The notes beneath the pieces were generated by a model. It was not told the DNA's origin. It saw only the letters and a program-made list of their open reading frames with translations, and made no database searches. A stretch of 64,000 nucleotides of DNA, from positions 248,001 to 312,000 of the forward strand of contig CM061254.1 in the NCBI GenBank assembly GCA_022605425.2, given 5' to 3'. The DNA is from Hamiltosporidium tvaerminnensis FI-OER-3-3. Lineage: Eukaryota > Fungi > Microsporidia. The position numbers and the translations under genes are program-made. Positions 27,701 to 40,916 of the stretch are shown here, one piece after another (the stretch's first letter is position 1; every line of letters starts with the position of its first letter).

Positions 27701-28560
27701 TGGTAAGACTGTAGATCCTCTAGAACTCATTTTAAAAAAATGCTAGGTCATGACTACACCAGACGGCATAATGAAGTGGTGGATGCCTACACTTACTTCT
27801 CCTAAATATATATAAGTTTAAGTCCTCATAACGAATCAGGAGTTACACAGTTAACGAAATTTTTTATAATGAGTATGCAGAGATATGAGTGGACACCAGA
27901 ATTAAAACTGATGTTAAAATTCGGAATAACAGACCCGAAATATTTATTTTAGATAAGAAGAATAATAAGATAACGCTCATTGAAGTAGGAATCACTTCCC
28001 AAGATTCACTTCAAATAGTTGAAACTGAAAAACTTAGGAAGTATGACCTGTTAGCCAATGAGTTGGGTCTTATTTATAAGTGTAGTGTTGAGATAATCCC
28101 TTATGTGATGACCTGGGACGGTATTGTGACAAAATACCATAAATCTCATCTTAAAAGACTAGATATACCCATGAATGTAGAGGCATACATTCAGTCTATA
28201 GTACTTAAGAAAACAGTCGAAACAATTTCCTTTGATCGACGAAGAGGACTTGAGTCAGGACTAAATGCCGAAGAGAGCTGGGAGAGAGCGTCAATGGGTG
28301 TTATTATGAGATGTGAGTAGCGTGAGTAACTAAAATTTATTTAAAATCAGTAGGCAACGAAGAAGTTGGCGTTTAAACCACAAATCAGAAAAATACTATA
28401 CCATTTTTTTGGATGGTGTAACCACTGTGAAGGAATCGAAACTAAAAATAACGTAGAGTCCGACTAAGAATGAAGAGAAGGAGTAGATAAAAATGTTGAA
28501 ACTAATCTATGAAAGAGACAAAATTGACTCACCCAAATTCAAATCAATAAAAAAATATAA
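24770..28560 (+). mobile_element. Near full-length, inactivated non-LTR retrotransposon with RT and C-terminal restriction-like endonuclease (R4/Dong-like clade)
   Basis: RT motifs WIDVKKAYDSIDH, RGILQGDGLSPLLF and HLLFIDDLKL, then ERLYLSRTELG. A zinc-knuckle region (CQH...HDYTRRHNEVV) is followed by the REL motif NNRPEIFILDK..ITLIEVGIT..EKLRKYDLLA. Multiple stops and frameshifts. Confidence 0.92.
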
Positions 28561-28635
28561 AAGATCAGTAGGCCAATATTTATACAAAGATATTTTGTTT
28601 AATTTATAATTATATATATGTTTCATATTCTAACA

Positions 28636-29335
28636 ATGGTGGAGGGAAGACAACCACATAATAAAAATTCTGCTTGGAAAGGAGGGTGTGAATCCTTGTT
28701 TGAATTTTTAGCGGGAAGAAAACCACACTACATTTTAGGCTGTCTAATGAAAGTTTGTAATGAGAAGGAAAGAGTCTACGCATGGCGAATTTTTTACAAA
28801 TTTATCTTGAAGTCTTTCATGTAACCATATTTAAGGCCTGTGCCGAACTTGTGGGTAAACACCATGTGAAAGCTCAGGAACCTAGCCTTGCCCTCTCGGG
28901 TTCGAAAACATAGCGCCTGGAAGATATACAAAAAAGTTTTAAAGCCCTGAAGGTCAAGTTGCGGCTTATAAATAATGATATGATATTGCACTGTCTAGGT
29001 GGACTCCATATAAAAGTCACCGAAATATATCCGAGCTAGAAGCTTTTTGGGCTCAGAACGTGCATACAAGGTGGGAATGCTACGTATTACAAGAAGAACC
29101 CACTATGTAGTTCGGCCTAAGATCATACACCATGCCACGGAGATTAACGAAATCCGAGCAACTACCTCGCGCGTTAATCAAATTCTACATATCTTTTAGA
29201 TGAAAGGCTTTAAAATGTAGGTATCCTAAAATGGTATTGACGGAATTTTTATGCAGCAGTTATTTATCCAAATCTAGATTCGATAAGTTTTGACAACAAT
29301 ATCACGGGCCTTTTGTCTTAAAAGAATATGATACT
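28636..29335 (+). repeat. Dispersed ~700-bp repeat, copy B (unidentified element or decayed gene family)
   Basis: Collinear homology with 52099-52780 (+), 53045-53716 (-), 12203-12960 (+) and 38845-39300 (-). Residual reading MVEGRQPH..SAW..GRKPHYILGC..AELVGKHHVKAQEPSLA..HATEINEIRA. Confidence 0.8.
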
Positions 29336-30051
29336 TTTAAATAAATTTAATGTTAAATTATTTCTAATAGAAATTTAAAGATTTACAAGTCGGTTATTCT
29401 GATCAAATTTATGTGGCTATGTGTATATCTTCTAGTAAATTTTTCTTTTTCTTTTTGAAAATAGAATTCGATATCAAAATATACATTTTCTCTGTTTAAA
29501 ATTATAATCAGTAAAAAGTAATAAAATTGAATAGGCATTTTCTTGGACAAAATTTTAGCTCTGAAACGAGAGGTGTATTCACTTTATAAAGATTTTCGAA
29601 ATATATTAAATAGTAATGGTAGCGAATATATTTTTATGGGCTTAAATATTAAAAATATATTTGTTATAAACCTGTATTTTTTAGTTTTAAAAAGCTATTC
29701 AATTTTTTTATATGGAAAAATTATTCGTCAGCTTACATCAAGAAGGTATTTTTTTCATAAAACCCGAAGCAAATACTTTGCTGTGTTATAATAATTTATG
29801 AACGCCTAAATATATTTAAAAATGCATTAATTGTAAAAATGGCAATTTTTTGGTGTTTATTTCTATTTTTCGTGTTCAATATTTTTATCTTAAAATTAAT
29901 TTCTAAAAATATTTATAATCGATTATTAAGTTCTTTAATCTTCAAATAATTCTTTATAAGGTAAGTTACTATGATAAAATCTAATTTATATTATAAAAAG
30001 GTTTTAACGGCTAGAAAATGAAAAAAGTGGCAGTACCCCTACTTACAAGGA

Positions 30052-31383
30052 ATGGTTAACATAAATATAAAAATTTTACTAGTTTTGTGTAAATTTATTA
30101 GTTTTTGTATGTCTACAGACTGTAACGAGATATATTACAATATAGATGAATATAAAAAATATTTTCTTGAAAAATCACTCGATCTATATAATAAAGAAAC
30201 CGAACAGCTTCCTTCAATGCCAATTTCAATAGATTTTGCAAACTTAATGTTTTATGAAAATCGGGTTCAGACTGTTAGTGGTTTAATATCAAATTATATT
30301 GAATCAAAGAGTTCAAAGGCGTATAATGTTAATATACATACAGCAGATTTTAGTACAAAATATCCGTATAAACAAATTTTGTTTGAATCATTTCGATTAG
30401 AACGAGTATATGATCATACTTGGTCGTTATTCTCTATAAGATATTTACCCCTTTCAACTGCAAAAAAACCATTAAGACATAGTCATAAGCTTATAGGTCA
30501 AAAAGGCTTTAAATGTTTCATCTTCCTTCTATTTCAGATGTATAAATGCCTTCGAAAAATGTACAATAATTATTTTAACGATTTATGTTACATTTCAATA
30601 GAAGACATAAGCAATGGAATACCGAAAAACATTCCTGAGAAATATCAAAAATTGGATTCATGGTTAGGTAGGAATATATATGTAGTTTTTTATGTTAAAA
30701 TATTCACAGAGATTAAAATATTTGATAAAAATATTGATAAATCTAGAATGATTGAGTTATTTAATGCTGCATTTGGGATGAAAGCGTATTATTTGTATGG
30801 AAGTTATAATCTCTATATTATTGATACAATCAAATCCAACCTATATGATAAAAATACGTCTATTCAGAAAACAACGAAGAAAACCATAATGAATCAGTAT
30901 ATACTGTCTTTTGACCTGGAGTACCCACCAAATTTGTACTTTGGTCTCAATTTCTTATATCCAGAAAGAAGTTTTGGTTTCTACTCTTACAGCCATAGCA
31001 CTGAATTTTATTATTTCTATTTAGACAAATATAGGGAAGAAAATGAGTATAAATTCAAAATTTTATTTAAACATTCATATATAAGTTTCGAATTCAATTT
31101 CAATTGGTATGACCCTGAACAAAAAATCAAAAAAACCGGAACAAGTTCAGCTTTCTATTTACGCGTAATGAACGGGAAGAGTTATGATATCATAGAAATA
31201 TTGAGAAGCATGAATCCAAAATATTTTATAATCAAAGATGTATCTAGCAGCAATTATCAACTTTGTAGACCGTATTTTTTCGATAAAAAACGTAACATTC
31301 AACATCAGGATAAGACCTATAATCTTAAAGAATTCTTTGATTATTTAGTATTTGAAAAACATATATATATATTTATGTCGTAG
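30052..31383 (+). CDS. FEFNFNW-family paralogue 4, intact 443-aa putative secreted protein
   Basis: Uninterrupted ORF. Hydrophobic N-terminus (KILLVLCKFISFCMS), all family motifs present, CCCC ~15 nt upstream of the ATG. Confidence 0.9.
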   Translation: MVNINIKILLVLCKFISFCMSTDCNEIYYNIDEYKKYFLEKSLDLYNKETEQLPSMPISIDFANLMFYENRVQTVSGLISNYIESKSSKAYNVNIHTADFSTKYPYKQILFESFRLERVYDHTWSLFSIRYLPLSTAKKPLRHSHKLIGQKGFKCFIFLLFQMYKCLRKMYNNYFNDLCYISIEDISNGIPKNIPEKYQKLDSWLGRNIYVVFYVKIFTEIKIFDKNIDKSRMIELFNAAFGMKAYYLYGSYNLYIIDTIKSNLYDKNTSIQKTTKKTIMNQYILSFDLEYPPNLYFGLNFLYPERSFGFYSYSHSTEFYYFYLDKYREENEYKFKILFKHSYISFEFNFNWYDPEQKIKKTGTSSAFYLRVMNGKSYDIIEILRSMNPKYFIIKDVSSSNYQLCRPYFFDKKRNIQHQDKTYNLKEFFDYLVFEKHIYIFMS

Positions 31384-34300
31384 GTAGAATATTTAAAAGC
31401 GGTCATTCTCAAGAAAAATTTTATATAAATAGAATTTTTTAAAATTGTTGAGTATTGTATATTGCTTTTCTTCTTACTCTTGTTTTTCCATTTATTGGGC
31501 TTAAAATTGTTTTTACGCAAAATTTTTCAACCTTTTTTAGACTTTTATGTTATGCACAGTATATATATAGATTTTGATTTTTTTTAACCTAATCTCAATA
31601 AAATTAAATGAAAAAAGTAGCAATTTATAAATTTATCGTATGTCTGGCGAAAGAATTCTTACTTCTTGCCAAAATTTTAGAAAATTATACGTTACATTTG
31701 TCTTAGTTAACTCTTAAAGACACAGCGATATTTTTTTTCCAAATTTTTATCCGCTTTTCGATTTAAGTCTTCAAGCCCTGGCTTATTCAAATGAAATTCT
31801 TTTAACTTTTTATTTCTATTGATTCTAAAATGGATGGCAATCAGACTATGGTAAGGGGTATTATCAATATGCCAAAAAATTCTCATGATTGACGATGAAA
31901 CAGACAATTAAATTGATAGGCGATAACTTAAGATAAATTGATATATATTTGATAAAAATAAATAGAGGTAAAATCTTTTTAGCTAATCATCATGAATTGC
32001 ATTCAATTTGGCAATTTGCTTCTGCTGTGGAGCAAGATGCTAATCAGCAACTATTCAGAATTTTTTTCAATATCTTATTTTTAAACATTTTATATTGTTT
32101 GAACTTCTTTTTTTGGAACTTTTTATTGCTCTTCTAATGTATAAATTTATGAACCAGTATTAACGGATATAGATATAATGAAGCTTGTTTAGAAAGCAGC
32201 TGATTGTATTTTTCGTTTCAAAAAGTCGAAATAGACATAAATCTACTCAAATAGAATATTTAGATGGAAGAACAAGTACTAAAAAAACCGAGTAACAAAG
32301 TAAGTAGAAAAAAAATCAAATTATTGCATTTCCAAAGCTTCCCGAAAATACTATTCAAGACAAAACAATTTTGAAGAAATAAGCAAAGTAAACTCCGATC
32401 TTTTTAGCTACATAGAAGAGCGGTACTTTGGTAATTTAAAGTATCCACACGTTGCAATAAAGCTTAGCTAACGAAACTGTATAAAAAATAGAATAGATTT
32501 GATTTTTAAACAGCAAATCCATGCGAACTTTTTAAAGATATATGTATTCGTGAAAAAAAAACTCCCTGAAAACAGAATATTTTCAAGATTTAAAGGAATT
32601 GAAATCACGAACTAAGATATAAATTTTATTTAAAAAATGTTGTCACAGGCTGTTATTTATATGGATTATAAACATATAAAGAACTTCTAACTGAATTTAT
32701 TCAGCTTCTATTGCCAAAAAAAGCTTTAAAAAGCTAGCATTATATTTTATATATTTATTGTTGGAGATCCGCCTACCACTTGGATAGTGAACTAGCAGAG
32801 ACTTCGCTGGGTACCTTTGTAGACAACAATGGAACATGTGGTCTGAATTTAAGACGGTACATGAGAAGTTCGGATGCCTTTAAAGTCAAGACTCTGTGAA
32901 ATGTGCGAATCAGAATTCAAAAATATGCCATTTGTACTACCTAAAAAGTAACAATAACATAAATCAGCAGAATATTACGCTTTTTCTAAATTATAAAATA
33001 TTATGAGCATAATTCATGATTAAACCGTATTATGTTTAAAAAAACGTGAACAAACCTTTAAAAACCTTGATATACACATGTTTTGCCGCTTTGAAATTTT
33101 CAGATGACTTAATTTAATGTTTAAAGATCAAAATAGTATACCGTGTATACAAGAAAAACATAGAAGAATGCGTAATCCATACAAAACAGAGAAGCATTAC
33201 AAATTATGAAGATGTCATACAAATTTTGTTTAATTTAAACCTGATTTTAAAAACCACTAGTTTTTGAATTTACAAACAATTAAAGCGTTCAGATGTATTT
33301 AAAAATATTCTAAAAGATGCGATGTAAAAAAACCTAAAATATTAAAATCCAGATGTATTTCCACGATCATTCAATAAATGCTTTTATTCAATAAAATGGC
33401 AGATTAAAAATTGTCGAAAACCGGGAAAAGAGGAAACGTGGGTTTTCTGTCTGCAATGTTCTAAAAACTGTAAATATGGAAAAAAACATGGCATTTGCAC
33501 TCAAAACGACAACTGCTTATATGTATAACCCCACGATTGCTAAACTCAAAGCATATGCTTATTAGAAATCACTTTTATCATGCAATTAAAACTTTTTGAA
33601 GTCGAAGAAATGCTTAGTCTGTACTTCCACCAATAAAATACCCAAGAGTATCATTAAGGGCTGTTTCTAAAAGTCTTCTATAGTCAATTAGCAGAAAAAA
33701 ATATTTACACCTGACAAATGTATGCTTTAAGTAAAATTTGAAACCAGAATTCGACTAAAATAGACTGCTTTGATTTCTAGTAACATTTTTATTTAATATT
33801 TGGTGTATTTGTGGTTTCAGGTATTTAGCATACGTATTTCTAATGCTTATTTAAGATATAAAGATGTCTTTGCTTTCGTAGATAGAGTTATCAATTAAAA
33901 CTCTCTCAAATCGCGAAAAATTTTCACTCGTATTAATATATTTTGATTAATGTGGTGTCACTTTATATAAAATTTATTGTTTTGCCATATTCTTTTTGGC
34001 TCTTTAAAAATGGCCTGGATATAATAAATAATATCAATTGCTTTGGAAAACTGTAAAAAATGTACTTAATAGTTAATTTATTTATTAAAGAAAAACATTT
34101 GTATGAAAAAATATCGCTTTATAAAAAGGTGATATATGTCATGTTTTTTTTCTTATATCGAAGCAGTTCGGGTTCCAAACCAGAAAGATAACCCGATGGT
34201 TTGTAAATAAAAACCAAATGGGATATGTAAAATATTTTTCTCGAATTAAATTATATTTTCATTCCGGATTGATTCAATAGGCATTTTTTAATTCCAATAC

Positions 34301-37106
34301 ACTTTTTTGTTTTAAAATACTTATAATTTTTACATGTTTCTTATATTCCTATGACCTTTGTTTATATTCTTTTATTGGTTTGTTTAAAGATCTCCAAAAT
34401 ATCACATACTATTAGGTTTAAACCTATACATACGATTTCAATAATTTTTTTTCTATCAAATAAATTTAGATGTATTAAATATGAACTAAAATCAAACAAA
34501 ATCTATTTTTCTTTAATTTAAATATTTTTTGGAATTTTCTATTTCATCATCTTTGTTAACTGCTACAGTGCGAAAAAAAGTATTGTAACCTCTTGTAGGA
34601 TTAATAAAAAAAGACCATAGACAAAGGAAAAAATATTTTAAATTTCACTAGTTCTCTTCTCTCCATTTTTTATATTGAGATGATATATTAATGTATTTGA
34701 ACTTCTACCTAAGACTGTAAGTATAAAAACCCAAAGAAAAGGATTTTAAAAACCATTTATAACCAATACAGTATACGTTATTTTATAGATAAAAGGGTTT
34801 AAAGATATCAATTGAAGTTATTATAGATTTATTTTGATGATGGAGACATGCAGAAAATAGCTTTGATCTTTAGAATTACAGAAAAAACTTCAGACTCAAT
34901 TAAAGATTCTTTGCAATTTTAAATGATACCTTTAAATGTTGGTAGCGATCCTATGCGATAACGACTAATTTTTTGAAAATATACATTTTGAATTGTTCTT
35001 GATAAGACCATGTATCAGGCTACACAACAGATACCACACGATACAAAGCTTTACTGTACAGTTTAACATGTAAACCTAACGAATTAAATATGGAGAACAA
35101 AAAAATGCACGATAGTTACGAGGCTGAATATATAAGCTACCTCGATGTTTCTATACAAATAACAGGGCATTATATAATGCAACGAACAAATTTACTTTAG
35201 TTTTCTTCGGACACTCAGATTTAAATAATTTTCGCTCCCAATGCCTGATTTGGCTAAAAAATATGTATAAAAGATTTTATTGAAAACTGTTAGTGGAGTT
35301 ATTTCAGATAAATTGCAAAAGATTAGAAGAAAGGCTAAAGATCAAATTTAAACTGCACAATAATCTATTAAACAGAAACGATTCCAACCACTCTAATGAT
35401 TTATAGTGCCGGAAACAAAGAAAATTTGTTACGGAAGTAAAATCTATTTAAAATTATACGGAACTAAATATTTCCATATATAACTGATTTTCTTTCAGGA
35501 TATTTGTTTTGACAATTTTAAATTGGTTTGGTTAAGGCTAGAATTATTTCAATATTTACTATTTAAAAGTAAAAAATATTGAAGTGGATATAAAAATATT
35601 TAAAATTGCATAATAAAGCGTATTTGGATTCATTTCCCAGATTTAAAGTGTTGGGGTTTTTATTGGCAAAATTTTGATGTAAAATGTTCAAAAAAATGCT
35701 GATTCAAATTGAAAATAGACTTTTTTTTAAAAAAAAGAACCCTTAGCCGATTTGAAAAAACATATCTCTCCCGCTCTACTAATTTCCGACGGTTTTAAGT
35801 TGAAATGTGGGTAGTAGCGCGGTGATATAAAAATATTATGAATAGATTGAAAAATATGTCTAAAAAAATCCACAGGCGAGTTTTATTTGAAAGAACGAGG
35901 CCAAATATTAGCCCCATAGGTATATTAAATTAAACAATTATTGTTGTGTTTTTCTTTTCCTCTGTTATAGAATTTGAAATTCTTGGAGAGTCTGCCACTA
36001 GCCCATGTTGACACCAATCTTTAAGTATTTGTAATTTAAGATTAGTTTTTTATACCTTTTCCATTAAGTTCCAATATTATAAAACTCTTTGTCGATAGAT
36101 TTTTACTCAAAAAATGGCAAATTTTCGTTGTATTATGTACTTCTTTTTTATATATATATCTTTTTTAAGTGCATATTTAGGGGTAAGACGTCTTAACAAT
36201 GAAAATAAAAGGTTGTAATGCGCCACGGCTTTTTATTTAATCGTTTGATAGAGAGACTGGGTCTTATGTCTCTCCCTTTTCAGGATTTTTACATTTTAAA
36301 AGCTAAATCAGAAGAAGTTACATTCTTAAAGAACCGTTAGAAGATCAGATTAAGATCTAAAATAAGAACTTACGAAGAACAAATTTGATTCAATTTTATT
36401 GATACCCTGCAAGATTTATTGAATTTGTTTAATACTGATTTTTCGGACATTTATCCTTTTCTGATTGTTTGAAAAATAATTTCTTTGCGTTTTTTAAGAT
36501 TTTAGTTTTTTTTGCAAAACGATTGATTTAACTCAAAGAAAGTATCTTTTCTTCTAAAGAGGCTGAAAGATTGTTTTTTTTTACAAAAAAAACAAGTTAG
36601 CACTTGTGATGTAAAGCTGAATTTTACTTTTGGATACTGGTAAAATTCGGCTGATAGAAAACAGAATTAGGGGACAGATCTTTGAAACAATAAATATTTG
36701 TGGAATACCAATATCCAATTTCTCTTGTGCCGAGCATTTACATAATTGATATAATATTATAAAGTTTTAAGCTTAAGCGGAAATATATAAATAGTTTCAT
36801 TCCAAATTCAAGTTATCTTAAGCCTCTGCAATACATGCTATTATAATATATATCTAAATGTGATTATTTTATTCTACTGATCCTAGGATAAAGCAGAGTT
36901 TTCTCGTTTCAATTTTTCGGATTACAATGTAAAGTTTCTAATCTTTTCTATATTTCTTTGAAAATATTTTTTATCGATTAATTTAAGTATATAATCGTCT
37001 AAGAATATAGTAATAATTATTTAATCTATCATTAATTGAACTTATAATTAAAAAAGCTTTCGTTACAGTTATAAAATAAAAAATAGGAAATAGCCTAAGC
37101 TTTTCT

Positions 37107-38428
37107 ATAACCTCCAATCTAAATACGAAAATTTTATTATTTTTCTTTTCATTAAATGTATCTGTAAATCCACTAATATAACCGAGAAAAGTTATGATAT
37201 AGGTAAGCTAAGAGATTACTTCTTGAAAAAGTCACTAAATTTATATAAATCAGAAACCATACAGCTTCGATCACTTCCAAATTCTATAGATTTTACAGAT
37301 TTATTATTTAACGCAAATGATCTTGATTTTGCTGTTGGCTCATTGTCAAAATTTTTTAAATTTAAGAATTCAAAAACATATGATGTTAATGTATATAGAC
37401 CGAATTTAAAAACGAACAATCTATATAACGAAATAATATTCAATATGTTTCGCTTTGAACGAATCAATACCCATATTTGGTCTGTATCTACAGTAAAAAC
37501 CTCACGAAGTTTGTATACAAAAGAAACAGTTAGACTAGATTCTAAGGTTTTATGTCAAAAAGGATTAAATGCTTTTTTGTTATATTTATTCCAAATGTAT
37601 AAAGGCATTCGAAATGTTTCAAAGTACCACAGCTGCTGTGACTCTTATATTTCAATAGATTAAAGAAACGGCATAGTGAAAAAAATCCCTGAAAAATATC
37701 GACGCTTGAATATGCAATCTTTGCGAAAAAAGTATGATGTCTTTTGTATTAAAATTTTTACAGAAGTTCAACCAATCGATGAACATATAGATGAATTCAA
37801 AACGATAGAAATATTTAGTAATGTATTCGCAGGTGACATAAATTGTTTATATGGTAATTATAGCCTTTATTCAATAGATAAAACACGATCGGAAATATAT
37901 GATGCAGAGGATTCTTGCATCCTTAAAATATCGATGAAAACCATAATTAATCAGTATATACTTGGTTTTCGGTATGGATATCAAGGAAATACAGATCGCA
38001 ACGGAATATTAACACGTTCGACAATAAATTTTGAGTTCAAATCAAATAATCATAAGACAGAATTTCATTATTTTTATTCACTAAAAAATATGGAAGATAA
38101 TGATTACAAATTCAAGATTTTTTATAAGCATTCATTTGTTATGTTCGAATTTAATTTTAATTGGTATACGACACAGCAAAATGTTAAAAATCATGAACTT
38201 AACTCACCCATTTACATATATGCAACACTTTGTGAGGATTTCCATATAATTGAAATGGAGAGGTATATAATACGAAAATATTTAAGGATACAAAAGCAAT
38301 ACGGTTCAAATACTACTCTTGCAGATAAATATGATGTCAAAATGAAATACCAGACCAAATTTTAGGATTTAAAAGATTTATTCGATTATCTGGTGTTCAA
38401 ACGCAAAATCTATATAATAATGTGGTAA
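37107..38428 (+). pseudogene. FEFNFNW-family paralogue 5 (pseudogene)
   Basis: ORFs 37223-37663 and 37676-38365 are in the same frame, split by TAA. Reading past the TAG at 38363 gives DLKDLFDYLVFKRKIYIIMW*. The start appears lost (ATA at 37107) and the N-terminus is frameshifted. Confidence 0.88.
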
Positions 38429-38844
38429 AGTTAGGTCTACATATGAAAATTTTTAAATAAACTTTCGTATTTGATTTGTATCTCATAAAAATTAAATAAA
38501 ATTTTTTTTTTAAAGCATATTATTAACGGGAATTGTTATATTGGCGCTAGAAAAAAGAGCATATATCTATGAAAATTTCAAATACATATATTGATAATAA
38601 ATGAAAAGATTATTTTTTGCGCGATATTATCATACGATATCCTTTGTATACAAATTAAGCATAATACTAATGATTTTCCAAGTCACAATATAAAATTTCT
38701 TTTATTTAAAACCATGAAGATATTATCCATATTGATATACCAGGAAAATTTTAGATAATAAATATCACATCTCTTACAAAATTACAATTTCTATATTATT
38801 TTTATAGGTTTAACACATATCTGGATTCTAAAATAAAAATGTCT

Positions 38845-39300
38845 ACCTTAATCCCTAACATGGTGTTCTTTAGATGCCCAAAACCTAAAATTTTCATCTA
38901 AAATATTTATAGAACCAACTTTGATACTAAGAAAGATTCCCAAATTTTGAGAAAAAGGGTTTAAGAAGGTGATTTCGAGTAAACAGCATCTTTGAATTTT
39001 CAGGACTAGTATCTCTACTCTATCTCTATTTAATCTAGACCAAATTAACCCGCAGATAATATATATCTCAGCAACGTATCTAAGGTGCATTTAGACGTAT
39101 CCATATCCTATAAAAAGGTCTAACCAACTTTTCGGATTATATAGCGGCTTAAAGAGTTTTTATATCCCCAAATGTTTGTTTTCTAACCGAGTGAGTAGGG
39201 TTGGTTTCTATTTCTTTACATAAATCCTCTAGGTGTTCTTATACAGACTACAATCTACTCAAGAAGAAGCTACAAAACAAGTTTTGAGAAATATTTCTCA
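38845..39300 (-). repeat. Dispersed ~700-bp repeat, copy C (partial, diverged)
   Basis: 39181 ttctaaccgagtgagtagggttggtttctatttctttacat matches 53433 ttctaaccgagtgagcaaggctaggtttccatgcttttacat. The flanks are collinear. Confidence 0.6.
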
Positions 39301-40676
39301 TATTTTTAGACCAACGTTAATTTATGTGTTTCTATTTAAACAATCTAAAGTTTAATGTAGTTTTATTCCTTACGAGAATTAAAAATAGTGTTTGTACCAA
39401 TTTCTGCGAATTTTTACCAAGCAGATGTCCTTTAAGTTTATTATATCCTCTATCTAAGAATATCTCGAATTTTAACTAATTTAAATCATAGAAAAATACC
39501 CGGGTTATGATTTTATAAGGTAATTAAAATGATTTGATTTTTAGTTTATCTGTTTCAAATAAAATGAAGGAATAAATATTTCAGCGAAATTTACATTTCA
39601 AATCTGTTAAGTTATCATAATATACTACAGACAATTAATAGATAATAAACACGTTTTCACCAAGTAGTTTAACACATAAAATCAGGAAGTTGATAAAACC
39701 CACCATCTGTTTCTTATTCCAAAGACCCATAGCTACCTAAATATACATTTATAAAACAGAAATAATTCGTTAATATGCAATAGAATCCTAATTTTAATCA
39801 CAAAGAAAAAAAGAGGAAAATATACAATAATGTAATGGATTCGATTTGATAATCAGAATTATTTGAATTGTGACAAAGACAAGAAAAACCCTAAAATTTT
39901 GTCTAACCAAGATTCTATAAATAATTGCAGAAGAATGAATAAAAAACCGAGACGCTAATTAAAAAAAATACTTTTTAATAATAGAAAATAAAACTGAAAA
40001 AACCATAAATTTTAATTTTCTGATCAAAAATACAATCCATCGCATAAAGCCAGTAAAAATAGAAATATAGCATAAATTAGATTTAAAGACTTTCAATTTT
40101 TTTAGATACTCAATAGAAACCATAAATAAAACCCAATAAACTTTATATGATCAATATGTGATCAAAAAGAAAAAAAATCTTCAAATTAAACCGGTGAAAT
40201 ACAGAAGTACCTTTTTTTTATATTTTTTTTAAGAATTAAATATTCATAGAAGCCAATATCATATTATATCCCTGATTTATGTTTTATAATCTTCTAAAAC
40301 GCAAATGTATTTTCTATTCTATGAAAAATTCAATAATGAACAAAAAAACTAAGAAAAATTTCTTCCTAAAATATTTTTTTTAAGCATTTACGCAAATAAA
40401 TTTATATTTAATCATTAAATTTTCTAGAGATATGCCATTTATGACTTTTGGAACATAAAAGTAGAGACTTTTAGCGAGAAGATAAAATAACCTGTGAATT
40501 TACAATGCTTTAACTTTTTAAAAGCGGCTTCCATGAAAAAGAATTAGATCTAAGGAATGTGAGGAGATAGATTATCTATGAAAGGTTAGCATTCTATCTG
40601 TTCATACTCAAAGCCGAGAAGCAGAAAAAGCAGAAATAAGATAGTAACATATATGCATATCTCCAACTTTGAAAAT

Positions 40677-40916
40677 TCATCCATTCATTTTAGGAACACC
40701 AGCCCTGTACGGGCTTTGGCCTTCCTCAGAAATACCGTAATCGGTCTTTTTCCAGTGGAATTGTTTACTTTTTCGGGTTTCGTAACAAGTTAGTTTTAAA
40801 AAGTGGGTTGAGAGCCATACGCCGAACCCCAACATGGGGGGCTAGTCCCTTTTAGTCGCCTCTTACGACAAGCAGAGAATACCCCAAACCAATTCTGTTC
40901 CCGGCATGGTGGGAAA
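40677..40916 (-). mobile_element. Non-autonomous RTE-like short retroelement, copy 2
   Basis: Minus strand reads TTTCCCACCATGCCGGGA...CTGCTTGTCGTAAGAGGCGACTAAAAGGG...TTGTTACGAAACCC...GAGGAAGGCCAAAGCCCGTACAGGGCTG...ATGAATGGATGA. A direct repeat TTTGAAAAT lies at 40668-40676 and 40921-40929 (candidate TSD). Confidence 0.8.

Noticed and set aside
34800-35200. Penelope-like RT hints (YRFI..DD and ISYLDVSI)
   Set aside because: Needs a frameshift, the motif spacing is much too long, and there is no further support.
13711-38428. Stop-codon reassignment or programmed read-through to explain in-frame stops in the family genes
   Set aside because: The stops are of all three types, lie at non-homologous positions and co-occur with frameshifts. 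Intact genes end in ordinary TAA/TAG. Pseudogenisation is simpler.
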